Below the pieces are notes generated by a model. The model was not told the origin of the DNA and made no database searches. It was given only the letters and a program-made list of their open reading frames with translations. Positions 25,040 to 37,789 of a stretch of 64,000 bases of DNA are shown here, in pieces. The translations under genes were made by a program, and so were the position numbers. The stretch lies in the NCBI GenBank assembly GCA_028534125.1, contig CM052817.1:33854001-33918000 (forward strand). The letters are read 5' to 3'. Source of the DNA: Lama glama. Taxonomy: Eukaryota. Every line of letters begins with the position of its first letter. Within the stretch, counting starts at the first letter, position 1.

Positions 25040-25340
25040 AGACAAAAACAAAAACAACCTTCAGAAAAATCACTGCAATACAGTGCCTAGTTAACATGCA
25101 CCCGGTGTATTTTGCCTTTGTAGAAACAGCTTAATTTGTTGTAACGTGATGCGGCTATTAGCATTTGCTGCGCCCCTCCCCGCCACCGCCTCCTCCTCCT
25201 CCTTCTAGTTAATTCTGAGTAGAGATAAATCTTAAAACAGACTTGGAGGGCACAGCAGGGGCTCTGCAAAGTCGTTTGGGTTTCGCTTTCACAGTGCCCC
25301 TTCGCTGTTTTCTGGGCAATTAGAATTGATATAAGAAGAT
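25040..25340. promoter_or_regulatory. Candidate enhancer / conserved non-coding block
   Basis: Repeat-free; ATTAGCAT octamer variant next to a GC box (cccctccccgcc); retained CpGs. Confidence 0.35.
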
Positions 25341-25835
25341 AAAATGTTACTAAAGTGACTCATGGACAGTCTAGACCCTGGATGAGAGGAATACTTAGTT
25401 CCTGACAAGGGGTTCCTTGGGCCCCTATGGGGGTTGACAAAACATCTCTCTTGCCCCAGTAACTGTCCTGAACACCACAGAAGGGCAGGTCAAAGACCCA
25501 CGCTCGGTGGGCTGTCAGTCCTCTAATTCTTACTGCAAGCATCCCTGAGAAGTAGACAAGCTTCCGAACTGTCTGCTCCTAAGCTGGAAACAAAGACTCC
25601 AGGAGTTGAACAATTCCTCCGGCACCACATCTGAGTCAGTGACAGAAGCTGAGGTTCAGCATCTCCAAAAAGATGACGGTGTTGCACAGTGTTAACCCCA
25701 TGCCCCCCATATCCCTCCCTTGGTGTTGAGGTTTTGATCCTTGGCATTTTCTTCCTTGATCCAGGGAGTCACGTCCACTGTTAGTTTGCTGTTGTTACTG
25801 CTCTCCTTTTGACCTTCACACGCCTTCTGCCACCC

Positions 25836-26003
25836 CATATTTCACTGACTCTAAGAACCCGTCCATTATAAGATGAACCACTATTGTATGTAATGGTAAG
25901 AAAGAAGAAATGCTGTCAATTAAAGACAACATGGCATTGATCATGATTTCAGAGATGTTAACACGTGGGGAGAAAAAAAGTATCTTCTGGTCTTTAATAT
26001 GTA
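25836..26003 (+). mobile_element. MER104-like TcMar MITE
   Basis: tatttcactgactctaag...gatttcagagatgttaac. Confidence 0.75.
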
Positions 26004-26004
26004 G

Positions 26005-26452
26005 TATGTTCATTGTCTGCCCAGATTCAGAACTTCATCTTTTCTTCAGCATAGGGGTTTGGGAAAGCAGTTCTTCGTCCCTTCCAGCCTGGGGGTCCTA
26101 CTGTGAGTTACCAGTCGGGTACTCTGCTCCTCTGGCTGCAGAGTGAGAGCAAGAAACCCAAGTGGGGCAGAGCAGGGGACCGCCCTGGAACTTTCAGCCT
26201 GAGAGTAAGAGAAGAGAGTGCTTCCTCTCCACTGGTAAAGAAGACATGGGCCCCGGAGGTCCGGGCAGCCAGCATGCCAGCCTGGAGGAGACATATGCCG
26301 CTTATAAAAGGAGCAGCTGAGACAGAGATGGAAGCGTCTAGACAAGGTGGAGCTGTTTGAAGGCTTTAGTCTCTAAGACTGGATGCAACAGGTCCAATAA
26401 ATAAATTGCCTCTTTGCTCAATTTGGAGTGGGGTTTTGCCCCTTGCTACAAG
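26005..26452 (+). mobile_element. Old ERVL-class LTR (LTR16/LTR33-like)
   Basis: 3' end caataaataaattgcctctttgct...ggggttttgccccttgctaca. Confidence 0.5.
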
Positions 26453-28596
26453 AAGCCTCTTTTTCAAAGACACCAAAAGAGCAGCTAAAGCAACAGTGCC
26501 CCTCCCTCCTTCCTTAGGCTGACTCACCTTGAACCCACTGTGATGTGAAGACAGGGACAGGAACGACCAGCGGCCCCTGCTTCTACTTTGGGAGTTAAAC
26601 TACTGTCCCCTACGACCAAGGGCTATAAACACGAGGGTCCTGTCTGCTTCTTTACCAAGGAACTAGACTTGTTTCATTATTTTTTTTTAATGTCGGTTTT
26701 CAATTTTTTAAAGAAAGAGAAATCCGAAATACTCCCGGTGGCAGGAGTGGGGTAGGGAGAGGTCAAGGAAAAGAGCAAACACATCTTAAGAAAAAGAAAA
26801 AACAAACAAACAAAAATTTAAAAAGGACAACAATCTGACTTTCTTTCCTAAAGTCCCTTTTATTGACGATACATTCCTGACTCTTTTTTTCCCCCAAAAC
26901 TTGAGGGGTGGGAGAGGTAGGCAGGGGTTGAAAATTATGAATGGACTTCTCAGGAACTGTAGAAATGAAAATGTGGGTAAACAAAGACCACCAGAACCCA
27001 GAGCTGGGTTCAGACAGCGATGCCCCCAGGTGACCGAGGCTTGCCAATGAATACTTTTCAAAAACGGTTCTGTGTAAATCTGTAAAAACCAACAGGGAGC
27101 TACGCTAATCTGCTTCCCCTGTTTTAACTCTTCAAGGGTTCCCAGGGCCTCTGATTTTCTATTGCAGAGAAAGGTAAGTGGAAAATTGCTTTTGAGGTTT
27201 CTTTTGTACAATAATAATCTTGGGCAGGACCCACCTTGCCATGTCCTCGCGTGCACCTTGTAAATTGATTTCAGACTGCTCCCTTATTCAAAAACCCCAT
27301 TCCCTTGGAAACCAGAAAGAAAATGAATAGTGGTAGAAAGCCCATTTTATTAGTATTAAGATCAAAACCTTCATTACACAAATATGTTTGACCTTCAGTG
27401 CCTTTTAAGTCAGAAATACACATTATGACTTAGTGTTAATCTCACATTTCTGCAATATTTTCCACTCAGATGGATCTCAAAGTTGTAGAGTTGTCTAACC
27501 CTTAATAGCAAACAAGCAAACAAACAAAAAAACCACTTCTTCCTCCCGCACCCAAGAATTTTATTACCCTTCCCCCCTCTTTTGGGGGGGAGTAACACTT
27601 CTGAATAGTTTTCTGAAAGTTCCTTAACTTTTTATGTGGAGAAACGTTTAGTGGAGGTAATATTATTACCTTATGGGCCTTTGATCAGAGTTTTTCCCCC
27701 AAAGAATGCCTTTTTGTTGGAAAATACTGAATGAGAGAAAAGTATAGCCTTCCACAAAGTGATCATTTTAGTATTATGCGTCCTTTGAGCCGGTCGGCTA
27801 CCCATTTTCTTTCCAGAGGGGAGAAAGAAAAGGAATTTTAAATATAATCACCACATATCACAATATCACCAGCTTGTGAAATTATCTGAACAATAACTAT
27901 TTTTAATCTGATTCATTAGTGAAAATATTCACTCCACTAAAATATGAGCAGGAAATGCTCAAATGCCTTTGTGGTTTCTGCAGTAGCACCCTTCTCGCTC
28001 CCTGTTTCTATCTTTACATCTGGAGTCACTGAAGCCCTCCACAGGCCACTTCAACCTAGTTTAGTTTCTCAGCTACTTTGTAGAGTCACTCACCCTGATT
28101 CCAGTCCCAGTGTAGGCCAGTGAGGCTGGGATGGACCTTATCCATGGGCTGGAGCACTTCCAGGTGCCCATGAGTAGCAGAGCACCCCCAGCCTCCCTTT
28201 CCGGTGTGGGCCAGAGGCCGGGCCTGCCTCCATTGCCCTCCAAGTCCCTGTTAGGACTGTAACCTCTATCTACTTGACGGGTTCTTACCAGTCTCCAAGG
28301 GTGAGCTCTCAAACATCTGGTCTTCTTGCCTTCGCACCATCTCTTATCCCTTCCTCTGATGCCATTCATTTAAATTTTGGTGAGCTACCCTCTGCCATGT
28401 TCATAGATCATGTGGTCTGGGTAGCTGTGATGTCTCAGCCCCAGCCCCAGCAGTTAACAAATAGCCCAAACCTGGCCAATTGGTGTATCTAATGCTTTGA
28501 CCAGTTCATAGATGAGCAAATGACACAAGCTGGTCCAATGAAAATCAATCATGGGAGTTGGATTAAAATCATTGGATATGAGAGACCTTTCCACTA

Positions 28597-28818
28597 CAGC
28601 ATTTCTCAGCCATGACTCTACTGACATATAGATCATTCTTTGTTGTGGGGGGGCTGTCCTAATCATTATAAGATGTTTAACAGCATCCCTGGATTGAACT
28701 TACTAGTTGCTAATAGCAGCTTTCCATCTCCATTTGTGATCATCTAAAGTGTCTCCTGACATAGCCAGATATCTCCAGGCGGAGAGGGGAACAAACCTTC
28801 CCACAGTTGAGAACCACT
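28597..28818. mobile_element. MER20 hAT MITE nested in an old LTR fragment (~28395-28990)
   Basis: cagcatttctcagcc...ggggggctgtcct...atgtttaacagcatccctgg...gttgagaaccact. Confidence 0.85.
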
Positions 28819-29019
28819 TCACTAGACTGAAACTGTGAGATGGGTCCCTGAAAGTGCCGGGGGACTTTATAGGAAGAAAATCTGCCTGATGGTGATGTCA
28901 ACGTATAGGAAGGTAGAGCCAAGAGAAGACACAGACCAAGACCAAACGACATGCTTTATGCTTTTAAGTTTTTTGTGCCCCTGTGCATTAAGCTAGCCCC
29001 ACTCATTTTTGGGACTGAG

Positions 29020-30985
29020 GATGGGATAAAAATGTCTGCTCTCACCATTTCTATTCAACATTGTAGGTCCTCGCCAAGGTCATCATGCAAGAACTACAAG
29101 TAAAAGACACCGAGATTGGAAAGAAAAACTGTTTTTAATAAAGGGCAATATAACCTTCTAGCAAGAAGATAGAAAATTTCAAGAAATCTATTTTCAAAAA
29201 CTATTAGAACTAATAAACAAGTTTATAGTAAGGTTGCAGGACAAAAATCAATCTACAGATTCCAATTGTATTTCTAGACACTAGCAATGAGTAATTATAC
29301 ATTGCAATTTAAAGCCAGTACTATTTAAAACAGCATTGAGAATATGAAATTCTCAGGGATTAATTTAACAAAATACATGTAAGACCTGGAACCTGAAAAT
29401 TAAAGGGGAGATATGAGATTCATAGTTAGAAGACTAAAATTTGTTCAAATGTCAAATCTCTCCAAGTTAGTCTATAGATTCAATTTATCATAATCAAAAG
29501 CCAACAGTCTTTTTAAATAGAAATTGACAAGCTGATTCTAAAATTTATATGGAAATGCAAAAAACCTATAGTAGCCAAAAATTTTTTTATTAAAAAAAAA
29601 CAAGTTTTTATACCACCTGATTCAATACCTGTTATAAAGCTACAGTAATAAAGACAGTGTCATATTAGCATAAATATAGATAAATAAATCAAAGATATAG
29701 TATAGAGTGCTGAAATGGCTAATTGATTTTTTTTTCAAAACTGTCAAGAAAATTCAAGGAGGAAGGACAATCTTTTCAATAAATGCTACAAAAACTATTG
29801 GCTATCCATATGTTCCTCCTCCACCAAAAAAAAAAAAAATGGGATCTCATTTATTATCTAACATCGTAAACAAAAATTAACTCAAAATGGTTCATAGATC
29901 TAGGTGTAAAACATAATACTATAAAATTCTGGAAGGAAACATAGAGAAAGGCTTCGTAATCTGAGGTTAAGTGAACAATTTTTAAAACAAAATTCAAAAA
30001 GAAGAAAGTATAAAAGAAAAAATACTAAATTTGATTTCATTAAAGATGTCACTCTTTAAGAGACACCATTAATAAAAGGAATATATTTGCAAAAAAATAT
30101 ATCTGCTAAAAGACTTGTATTCAGGATACATAAAAAAAGATTTCAACTCAACAAACAGAAGACAAGCTACCAAATAAAAAATTGACAACAGATTTCAACA
30201 GATACTTTATCAAAAATATATATATAGATGGTAAACAAACACATGAAAAGATGCTCAAAATCATTAACCATTAGAGAAATACAACTTAAAACCAAATAGT
30301 GTACCATAATATACCTACCTGAATGACTAAATTAAAAAAGACTGATAATACCAATTGTTGGCAAGGGTGCAGAGCAATTGTAACTCTCATTTATCATTGC
30401 TGGCAGTGAAAATAATACAGCCATGTTGGAAAAGAGGTTGGCAACTTCTTAAAAACTAGGTGATTTACCATATGACTTAGCAAGTCCCTTCCTACATATT
30501 TGCCCAAGAGAAATGAAAACATATGAAGACTTATATGTGAATGTTCTTTTCAGTTTTATTAATAAGATCCCTGAACTGGAAATAATGCAAATGTTCATCA
30601 ATACATGAATGAATAAACAAATTATGGTATATCCATACAGTGGAATAGTAATTAGCAGTAAAAAGAAAGGAACTAATGATACATGGTCTATATTGCATGA
30701 TGTTAAATTTACAAAGCACAAAGGACTATTATTCTATTTACATACTGTCCTAGAAAAAGCAAAATTCTGGTAATATAAAGCAAATCAGTGGTTCCCAGGG
30801 GTCAGTGTGTTCGGAAGGAGATTGACCTCAAAGAGCCATGAAGCAGCATTTAGAGTAATGAAAATGTTCTGTATCTATTTTGGTGGTAGTTACATGACTG
30901 CCACATTCGTCAAAACTCATTAAACTCTACATCTAAAATAGATGTGTTGTATCATATGTAAATTTATCTCCATAAAGCTGCCCTC
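29020..30985 (+). mobile_element. Old L1 (L1MB/MC-like) decayed ORF2 and 3'UTR
   Basis: ctctcaccatttctattcaacattgt, gaaattgacaagctgattctaaaatttatatggaaatgcaa, aaaaattaactcaaaatgg; 3'UTR ends at ~30980. Confidence 0.92.
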
Positions 30986-31040
30986 AAAACTCAAAGCATC
31001 TACACCTATTTATATGGAAATAAGAAGAATGCTGTGAACT

Positions 31041-31383
31041 AGAGGTCAGCAAACTTTTTCTTTAATGGACCAGACAATAAGTATTTGAGCTTTTGCATGC
31101 ATATAGCCTCTGTTACAACTACTCAGATCTGTCTTTGTAGCACAAAAGCAGGTACAGACGATAGGTAAATGAATGGGTGTGGCTGTGCTTTGACCAGACG
31201 TCTTTTAAGACACTGAAATTTACATTTTACATCATTACAACATGTCATGAAATATTATTCCTCCTCAGATTCCCACCCCTCCACCAACATTTGAAAATGT
31301 AAAATCCATTCTTAGCTAGCAGGCCACACAAAAACAGATGGGGGACCAGATTTGGCCCACAGCCTGTAGTTTGCCAACTCCTT
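31041..31383. mobile_element. MER58B-like hAT-Charlie MITE
   Basis: gaggtcagcaaactttttc ... gatttggcccacagcctgtagtttgccaactcc terminal inverted repeats. Confidence 0.88.
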
Positions 31384-31739
31384 CTATAAACATATGTTAG
31401 TAAAACTACAACACTTATGACTATATCAATGAGATGATGATGCAGGTGAAATTTCTAATATTCCATTCATGCTGACATGTTAGATACCAGTGTTAGACTA
31501 AAAGAAACTCTATTTTTTTAAGTATTCTTCAACAGTACATATTTGTTTACTTATCAATATTACTTTTGGAGTAGTGGGCTTAAAAAATCAAGACAGTCTA
31601 TTAAACATGATCAACTTTCAAAACTTAGGACATACATATAAATTCACTTTTCCTTGTGAAAAAAATTTAAATACTGTTAAATGATTTGTAAAAGCTTTAA
31701 TAAATAGTCCAAACCCTACACTTCCATCCCCCTTTGTCT

Positions 31740-32100
31740 TCTGTCTAATTCTTAAGGTGATAACAGGGCCTTTGCACTTGCTATACCTTCTGTAATGTTC
31801 TTCTGCCACATGACATCACATCCAGTAGGTCTCTACTCAAAAATCCTCTTATTACTAAAGCCTTCAATAGCAAACTGCTTTTTTAAAAAAAATTCTCCTT
31901 TCCTTTTTCCCACATAGCACTTACTGCCATTTGTCACATTGTGTCTGACTTGTTTATTCATTTATTTTCTGTATTTTCTCAGCAGAATAAGCTCTGTGAA
32001 GGTGAGGACTTTGCATTTGTCCATGCTGCCTAATCCCAGTGCTTAGAAGGATGTCTGGCAAATAGTTGGTGCACAATATATGATTTGCTGAATGAATAAT
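31740..32100 (+). mobile_element. L2 3' fragment
   Basis: cagggcctttgcacttgct...atttgctgaatgaat. Confidence 0.8.
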
Positions 32101-33057
32101 TTGAGAATGCGCAAGAGAGTATGTCTTTTGTGGGAACAGCATCCGACAACTACCATATAGTGAGCAAAAAATTATGCTGAGAACCACTGGCCTGGGACAC
32201 CCAAGGATGGTGGGAGAACACTGGCTCACACCAGCTGGATGGCCCTGCCAGCGAGGAAGATGAGCAAATCTCGTGAAGGGAGTGTGGTGCTACAGAGCCC
32301 TGAGAACCCCCAATGGAAAGATCTTTCCTTTCCTTTGGGAAATACATCTGGCAAGGTTTTGAGCAACTCTCAGAATGGAGAACTTTTGGTTACCATGTCT
32401 TCTACTGAAAAAGTAATGGCTGTTTAATTTCCTCTTCCTTTGCTTAGCTTAACTAAATTCCTTTCTAACATTTTCTTGTTGAAACACTGTAAATAAAAAG
32501 GACGACTCTTTCGTAGGTGGGTACGTCCCAGGTTGCAGAGAGGAGGGCTGAGTGAGGAAGTGTGTTTGATTCCCAGAAGGCAAGTCAAGCCTTCTGAGTT
32601 ACGAGCGCCCACAGCACAAGGGTTATAACACAGCGTATTTCTTCATAAAGCCCGTTTCACTGTCTCAGAGCTGTGGTGTCAAATTGTAGAAATCTATGCC
32701 TTTGAAGTTCTTGACATATAATGTTGACATTTTCAGACTCTCAGTTCTGTGAGGAAAGATTAGAATGATGGTGGTGAACAGGAGTGACCTATAGAAAGAC
32801 ATTTTCTAAAGTGGGAAAAACATTTTTTTAATGGATAGAGAATTTTTCTTTTAAACTATGGGTTGACCATGAAGAAAAAAAAAAAGAAAACAGATCAAAG
32901 AAACATACAAGTGTGTTTTAATTTTCTTTACAAAAATCTTATAGAAACTAACAAATACATACTTCGAGTAAATTTGTGTTTGAAACATCTTGTTCTAAGA
33001 CTTGTTCTGACTCTTGTCCTTGAAAGAGAATATTAATGGGTTCTCTCTGTCTCTGCT

Positions 33058-33236
33058 ACGTATCATATTTAATTGAATCTAAGACACTTCTTTGCATTTT
33101 TAACATTTCTGAAATCAGAGTATCTTATAATGCATGGTGTCTCCCAATTATAGTTGTCAGCAATTTTTCTTTCTTTGTAGTACATAAAATAACATTGAAT
33201 CTCACACTTGATATCATCTTAGATTCCGTGAAATTA
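33058..33236 (-). mobile_element. MER104-like TcMar MITE
   Basis: Reverse-oriented homolog of 25836-26003 (ttaacatttctgaaatc; catcttagattccgtgaaat). Confidence 0.75.
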
Positions 33237-33804
33237 GCTATACATGAAACTTTTTATTTTTATTTTTATTATGCTCCCCATCAGGGACCATTCCTCCCTC
33301 CCAAAGCCAGTCCCCTACCCCCTCAATTCCTTATGAAGCTTACAGCGAAGTCCAACACAAAAGACTTTATACTGTTGATTCACTGGCTTCGTGACAATGG
33401 TTCTTTTGTGATTATTAAGGCTCAATACTTCTAAATAGATAAGTTTTCTCTTATATTTTCAGAACCTACTTTCATAACTCACAGGAACAAAGTTATTATT
33501 AGCAAGCACCTCTTTAGCTCGAGTGGCTGTGAATCTCTCAGCCTTGATCTTTTTCCCTTCCTTGGTTTTCTTTCCTTTCTGTAGCCAGATTCCTTATCTA
33601 CTGACCATTTAGGCAATAAGTCTGGATTTAATCCAGGAATTGGTTTAGGAAGTTATATAATATTTATGTCACATTTTACACATGTCAGGCAACAACTTAT
33701 CCTGCAAGGAGTATGAGCACCACTTAAACGTTAAGAGTGGTGGTGGGCCAATGCTGGGGGCATCTTGCTTCAGGATCAGGTCCCCAGAGCTCAGATCAGA
33801 CTTC

Positions 33805-33990
33805 ATGGGAAAAGCATGGACTCTGGAACCAGAGACCTGAGTTTGAATCCTGCCTCTGCCACTTGCTAATTGTATGAATTTATAGGCAAAATTGGAACCA
33901 TCATATCTACCCTATAAGATTATTGTAAACACTGAATGTGTGGAAAGTGTTTGACTGTAGGAGGGGCTTGAGAAATGGTGGTTAATAGCA
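33805..33990 (+). mobile_element. MIR SINE
   Basis: agcatggactctggaaccagagacctgagtttgaatcctgcctctgccactt. Confidence 0.85.
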
Positions 33991-34308
33991 TGGTCACCAT
34001 CTCATATCAGAGAGGGTGAGCCCAGGAGAAATCTGGGGAGTTGTTGCACCCTTTAGCCTCCTCCAAAATTTTTGTTCATTCATTTCAGATCTCAGTGCTC
34101 TGATATTTACACTCTTGCCCTGTCACATTCTAGACTCATACAAGCTTAGAGTTGCTCTCAGCTTCTCACGTGTTATCACCTATTTACATTTATCTGTTAT
34201 TACCTGTTTACATTTCAAAATGAATTTAAAATGAGCCAGACAGGCCTGGGTTGGAATTCTGGCTCTTCTGCTCACTGTCTGTGTCACTCAGGCCATGTGC
34301 TTAACCTG

Positions 34309-34847
34309 TGTGTTAATCAGGGTTCTCCAGAAAAGCAGGACCAATCGGATATAAGTGTGTACATACAAACACACACGCGCAGGCGCACGCGCACACACAC
34401 ACACACACACGTGGAATTGGCTCATGTGATTATGGAGACTGACAAGTCCCAAGATCTACAGGGTAGGTCAGAAGTGCAGCCCCAGGAAAGCTGATGGTAT
34501 AGATCCAGTCCAAAGGCCAGCAGGCTCAAACCCCAGAAAGAGTGGAGATCAGGTCAAGTCTGAAGGCAGGAAAAAGCCTGGGTCACAGTTCAAAGACAAT
34601 CAGGCTAAAAGAATTCTCTTTTACTCGTGGAAGGGTCAGCCCTTTCGCTCTATTCAGGCAGTCACCTGATAGGACGAGGCCCACCCCTACCCACAACCAG
34701 GAGGGCTATCTTTCTTTACTCAGTTGACTGATTTACATGTCAATCTCATTCAGACAACCTCATAGAAACAGCCAGAATTATGTTTGACCAAGTATATGGG
34801 ACCCCACCTTGGCCCAGTGGTGTTGACATGTAAAATTACCCATCACA
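34309..34847 (-). mobile_element. MLT2 (ERVL) solo LTR inserted in a MIR (~34232-34965)
   Basis: tgtgttaatcagggttctccag ... ttgacatgtaaaattacccatcaca; TSD acctg / atctg; internal (CA/CG)n tract. Confidence 0.9.
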
Positions 34848-36141
34848 ATCTGTCTGAGTCTCACCGTCCTTATTGTAAAAAGGAGATAATAATCCTATGA
34901 CATGACGGCATTGCTCTCGGGAGCAAACGAGACCATATATTCAAGGTCCCTGGTATTCAGTAAAGGCCAGTGGCCCCCTCTCATTGTCCTTTCATATTCA
35001 ATATTTCAGGCATTTGTGAACAGGTCAAGGAGGGCTGTCTTGGTCTTACATCTTTTCCTTTGCCCCTGAAACCCTGTTTGACTCATAATCTATCCCAGCT
35101 CAACTCAATCCCTTACATAAAAATGTCAATAGGTAATCGCCACAATCAAGCAATCCTTCTGTCAACTTCTTTGTGCCATCTAGATATCGCCCGGCGAGGA
35201 GAACAGACCAAATTTCACACTTGGGGAAGAGGCCTGTCCCATAACCCGGTGTATCTCCATCCATCACAGGCTGTTTCCTTCCTGTTTGCGTGTTCCTTTG
35301 TGATGCAAAGTGAATCCACCAGCCCAAGCAGCCAAACTTGTTCCAGCCTGGAACGGAGTGTGAGCAGTGCTACTGCTCTGTCTGGCCACTGCCGCTCTTG
35401 CAGTGCAGATTGCTCAGGTAGGAAGCGGACAAGCTGGCCATTTCACTTGCTTGGTGCCTGGTGAGGACACCCATATATCACTTCAACATGACCCTGCGCT
35501 TTCTTCCTCAATATTCCACTCGGGCCTCTGTTTACATGATTATCGCATCTCCCTTCCAAGTTACACCCTAACTTCGACTCTATTTCTTTCCACTATTACA
35601 ATTTCCAGATTATAGTGATTTCTTTCCAGTGCACTTGATCTTAAGTAAATCAATGTAGCGATGCTATTTTCCATCAATGTAATCTTAAGTGAACTGAACC
35701 TTGTTTTCATTTGAGATGGGGAAGCTGTTACGTAAGGCCACACAGAGGACAAGGATGACTACAGTATGCTGGTCTGTGTTATCCTCAACCCAACAATATC
35801 TTTCCACTTTGACCTTGCTGGAGTCACTTTAGATCTAATCCCTGGTATTCACCTCACTTTGAGGCGCACTCACTTCACCAAAACCAAAAGCAAAGGAGAG
35901 ATGGGTAACTTCATATATGCCTTTTCTGAGAAATCTTAAAATAACTAAAATCCATGGAAGAAAATATCTTTCTTCTTGTTTCAGTGCAATGTAATTACAG
36001 ATCTTGAATTTAAATCTGAGTCGTCCTGTCTCAAATAAATATTTAACCCAATTGTATAGATTTGTACCCTTTGGGTCCTTTTTGAAAAATATGACATATC
36101 TAGCCAGCCAAGGTTACCAAGTGTTGTCAGAAAGGCAGCTT

Positions 36142-36408
36142 GGTAAACAATCTTATGGTTACCGGGGAAAGGGGCTGGGGGGGGATAAATTTGGGAGTTT
36201 GAGATTTACAAATATTAGCCACTATATATAAAAATAGATTTTTTAAAAAGTTTCTTTGTATAGCACAGGAAACTATGTTCAATACCTTGTAATAACCTTT
36301 AATGGAAAAAATATGAAAATGAATATACATGTATGTACATGCATGACTGGGACACTGTGCCGTACACCAGAGACTGACACATTGTAATTGACTGTACGTC
36401 AATTAAAA
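36142..36408 (+). mobile_element. 5'-truncated L1 3' end (cetartiodactyl-type)
   Basis: gggataaatttgggagtttgagattt...tagcacaggaaacta; TSD agaaaggcagctt / agaaagcagctt. Confidence 0.9.
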
Positions 36409-37499
36409 AGAAAGCAGCTTATAATGAGGAAGTCTGGACTTTCAGAAGACTACTGGTATACAACTTCCTGCCCTCCTGATACTTAAAACATTACATAAAG
36501 GCTGAAGATAATTTCAGTTGAAAATCCAAACAAAAGTATTCTCTTGGAAATGAGTCACCCTTTGACTGAATTAAATGGCCTCACACCCACAGCCAGCGTT
36601 TTCTGCCTTTGGTGGAATCCCAGGCCACATGTGGGGTGCTTGGCCCCAGGTTTCCGGCCTTGTGACTAGAACGAGGTGTTGGCAGAGTAGGGGGTAGTGG
36701 TCAGCGGAGTTGGCCACACCGCGTCTTTCTCCCCCCACTACCCTTTGAACAGGTGGTTCCCCTTAATGTCTTTGCTTTGCTCCCTGAAAGACTTGAACCC
36801 TCACTTTCACTCAGTTATTCATCTACTTCATTCCAAGAAAACGGGCCATCTGGTGTTTGTGCTGACAGTGCTTCTTTGCTGTTTCCAGATTGCACATAGG
36901 CTCAGAAAGTGAGCCTTACTATTAGAAGGTCAAGTGTTGCACCTCTGCTTAGCAACTACTAAATAAGGAAATGGGAGCCCAGGAGGAAAGCAGAATCTGG
37001 ACCAGATGAAACACTGGGTAATGGACAGCATGTGAAGGACACATCTGACACCACACGCAGGCACTCCTCTTGAGGATAACCTGGAGAGCGGCGTCCCCTC
37101 CCTGCTCGCATTCACCCTGCAAATAGATGCTCTACGAGGACTCTATCTGCCTAGGATTGACTCAACAGTCTTTTCATCTTATTCACATATACACAGCCCA
37201 AATGATACCAAGCACCCCCTATGCTGGGTCAAATGCCCCATCCGTAGATGCCCTAATCCAGAGCTGGCATTTCTTCCCAAAACACGAATCCCACGCCTCT
37301 GCTTCTGGGGATATTTGCCAACCTGGTTATTGCTTCTTTACTTTAACTGATCATTCAAAACTCACCACCATCCACTGCCTGCATTGTACTCAACAAAATT
37401 CACACAACAGTTTCTGAAACTCTATCCCTGGTCTAATAGGGAAGAACATTGTGTATCAGAAAGATACATTAGGACATGTGACTTCTGGCCCAGATGGCT

Positions 37500-37750
37500 C
37501 CTGCTAGCTCATTCATTCATTCATTTGTTCATTCATCTGTCAAATGTTTTTTGAGCGCCTGCTATGTGCCCGATATTGTTTCAGGTATGAGAATACAGTA
37601 GTGAACCAAGTAATGATGTTCCAGGCTCTCGTGATGATTACAGTCACATTGGGAGTGGGGTGGGGCCGTCAAAAACAAATGCACAAAGAAACAAGGACAT
37701 TTCAGATTTTATCATGATTTCCACTACAAATAAAACCAAAGAGACTAATG
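37500..37750 (-). mobile_element. L2 3' end
   Basis: cattcattcattcatttgttcattc...ttgagcgcctgctatgtgcc. Confidence 0.85.
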
Positions 37751-37789
37751 TGGTTAAAAGGAATGGGAATTACTTTTTTCAAATATTTT

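Noticed and set aside
25836..33236. Opposite-orientation similar sequences at 25836 and 33058 as a second inverted duplication
   Set aside because: Similarity is confined to the MER104-like element and does not extend into the flanks, so these are independent insertions.
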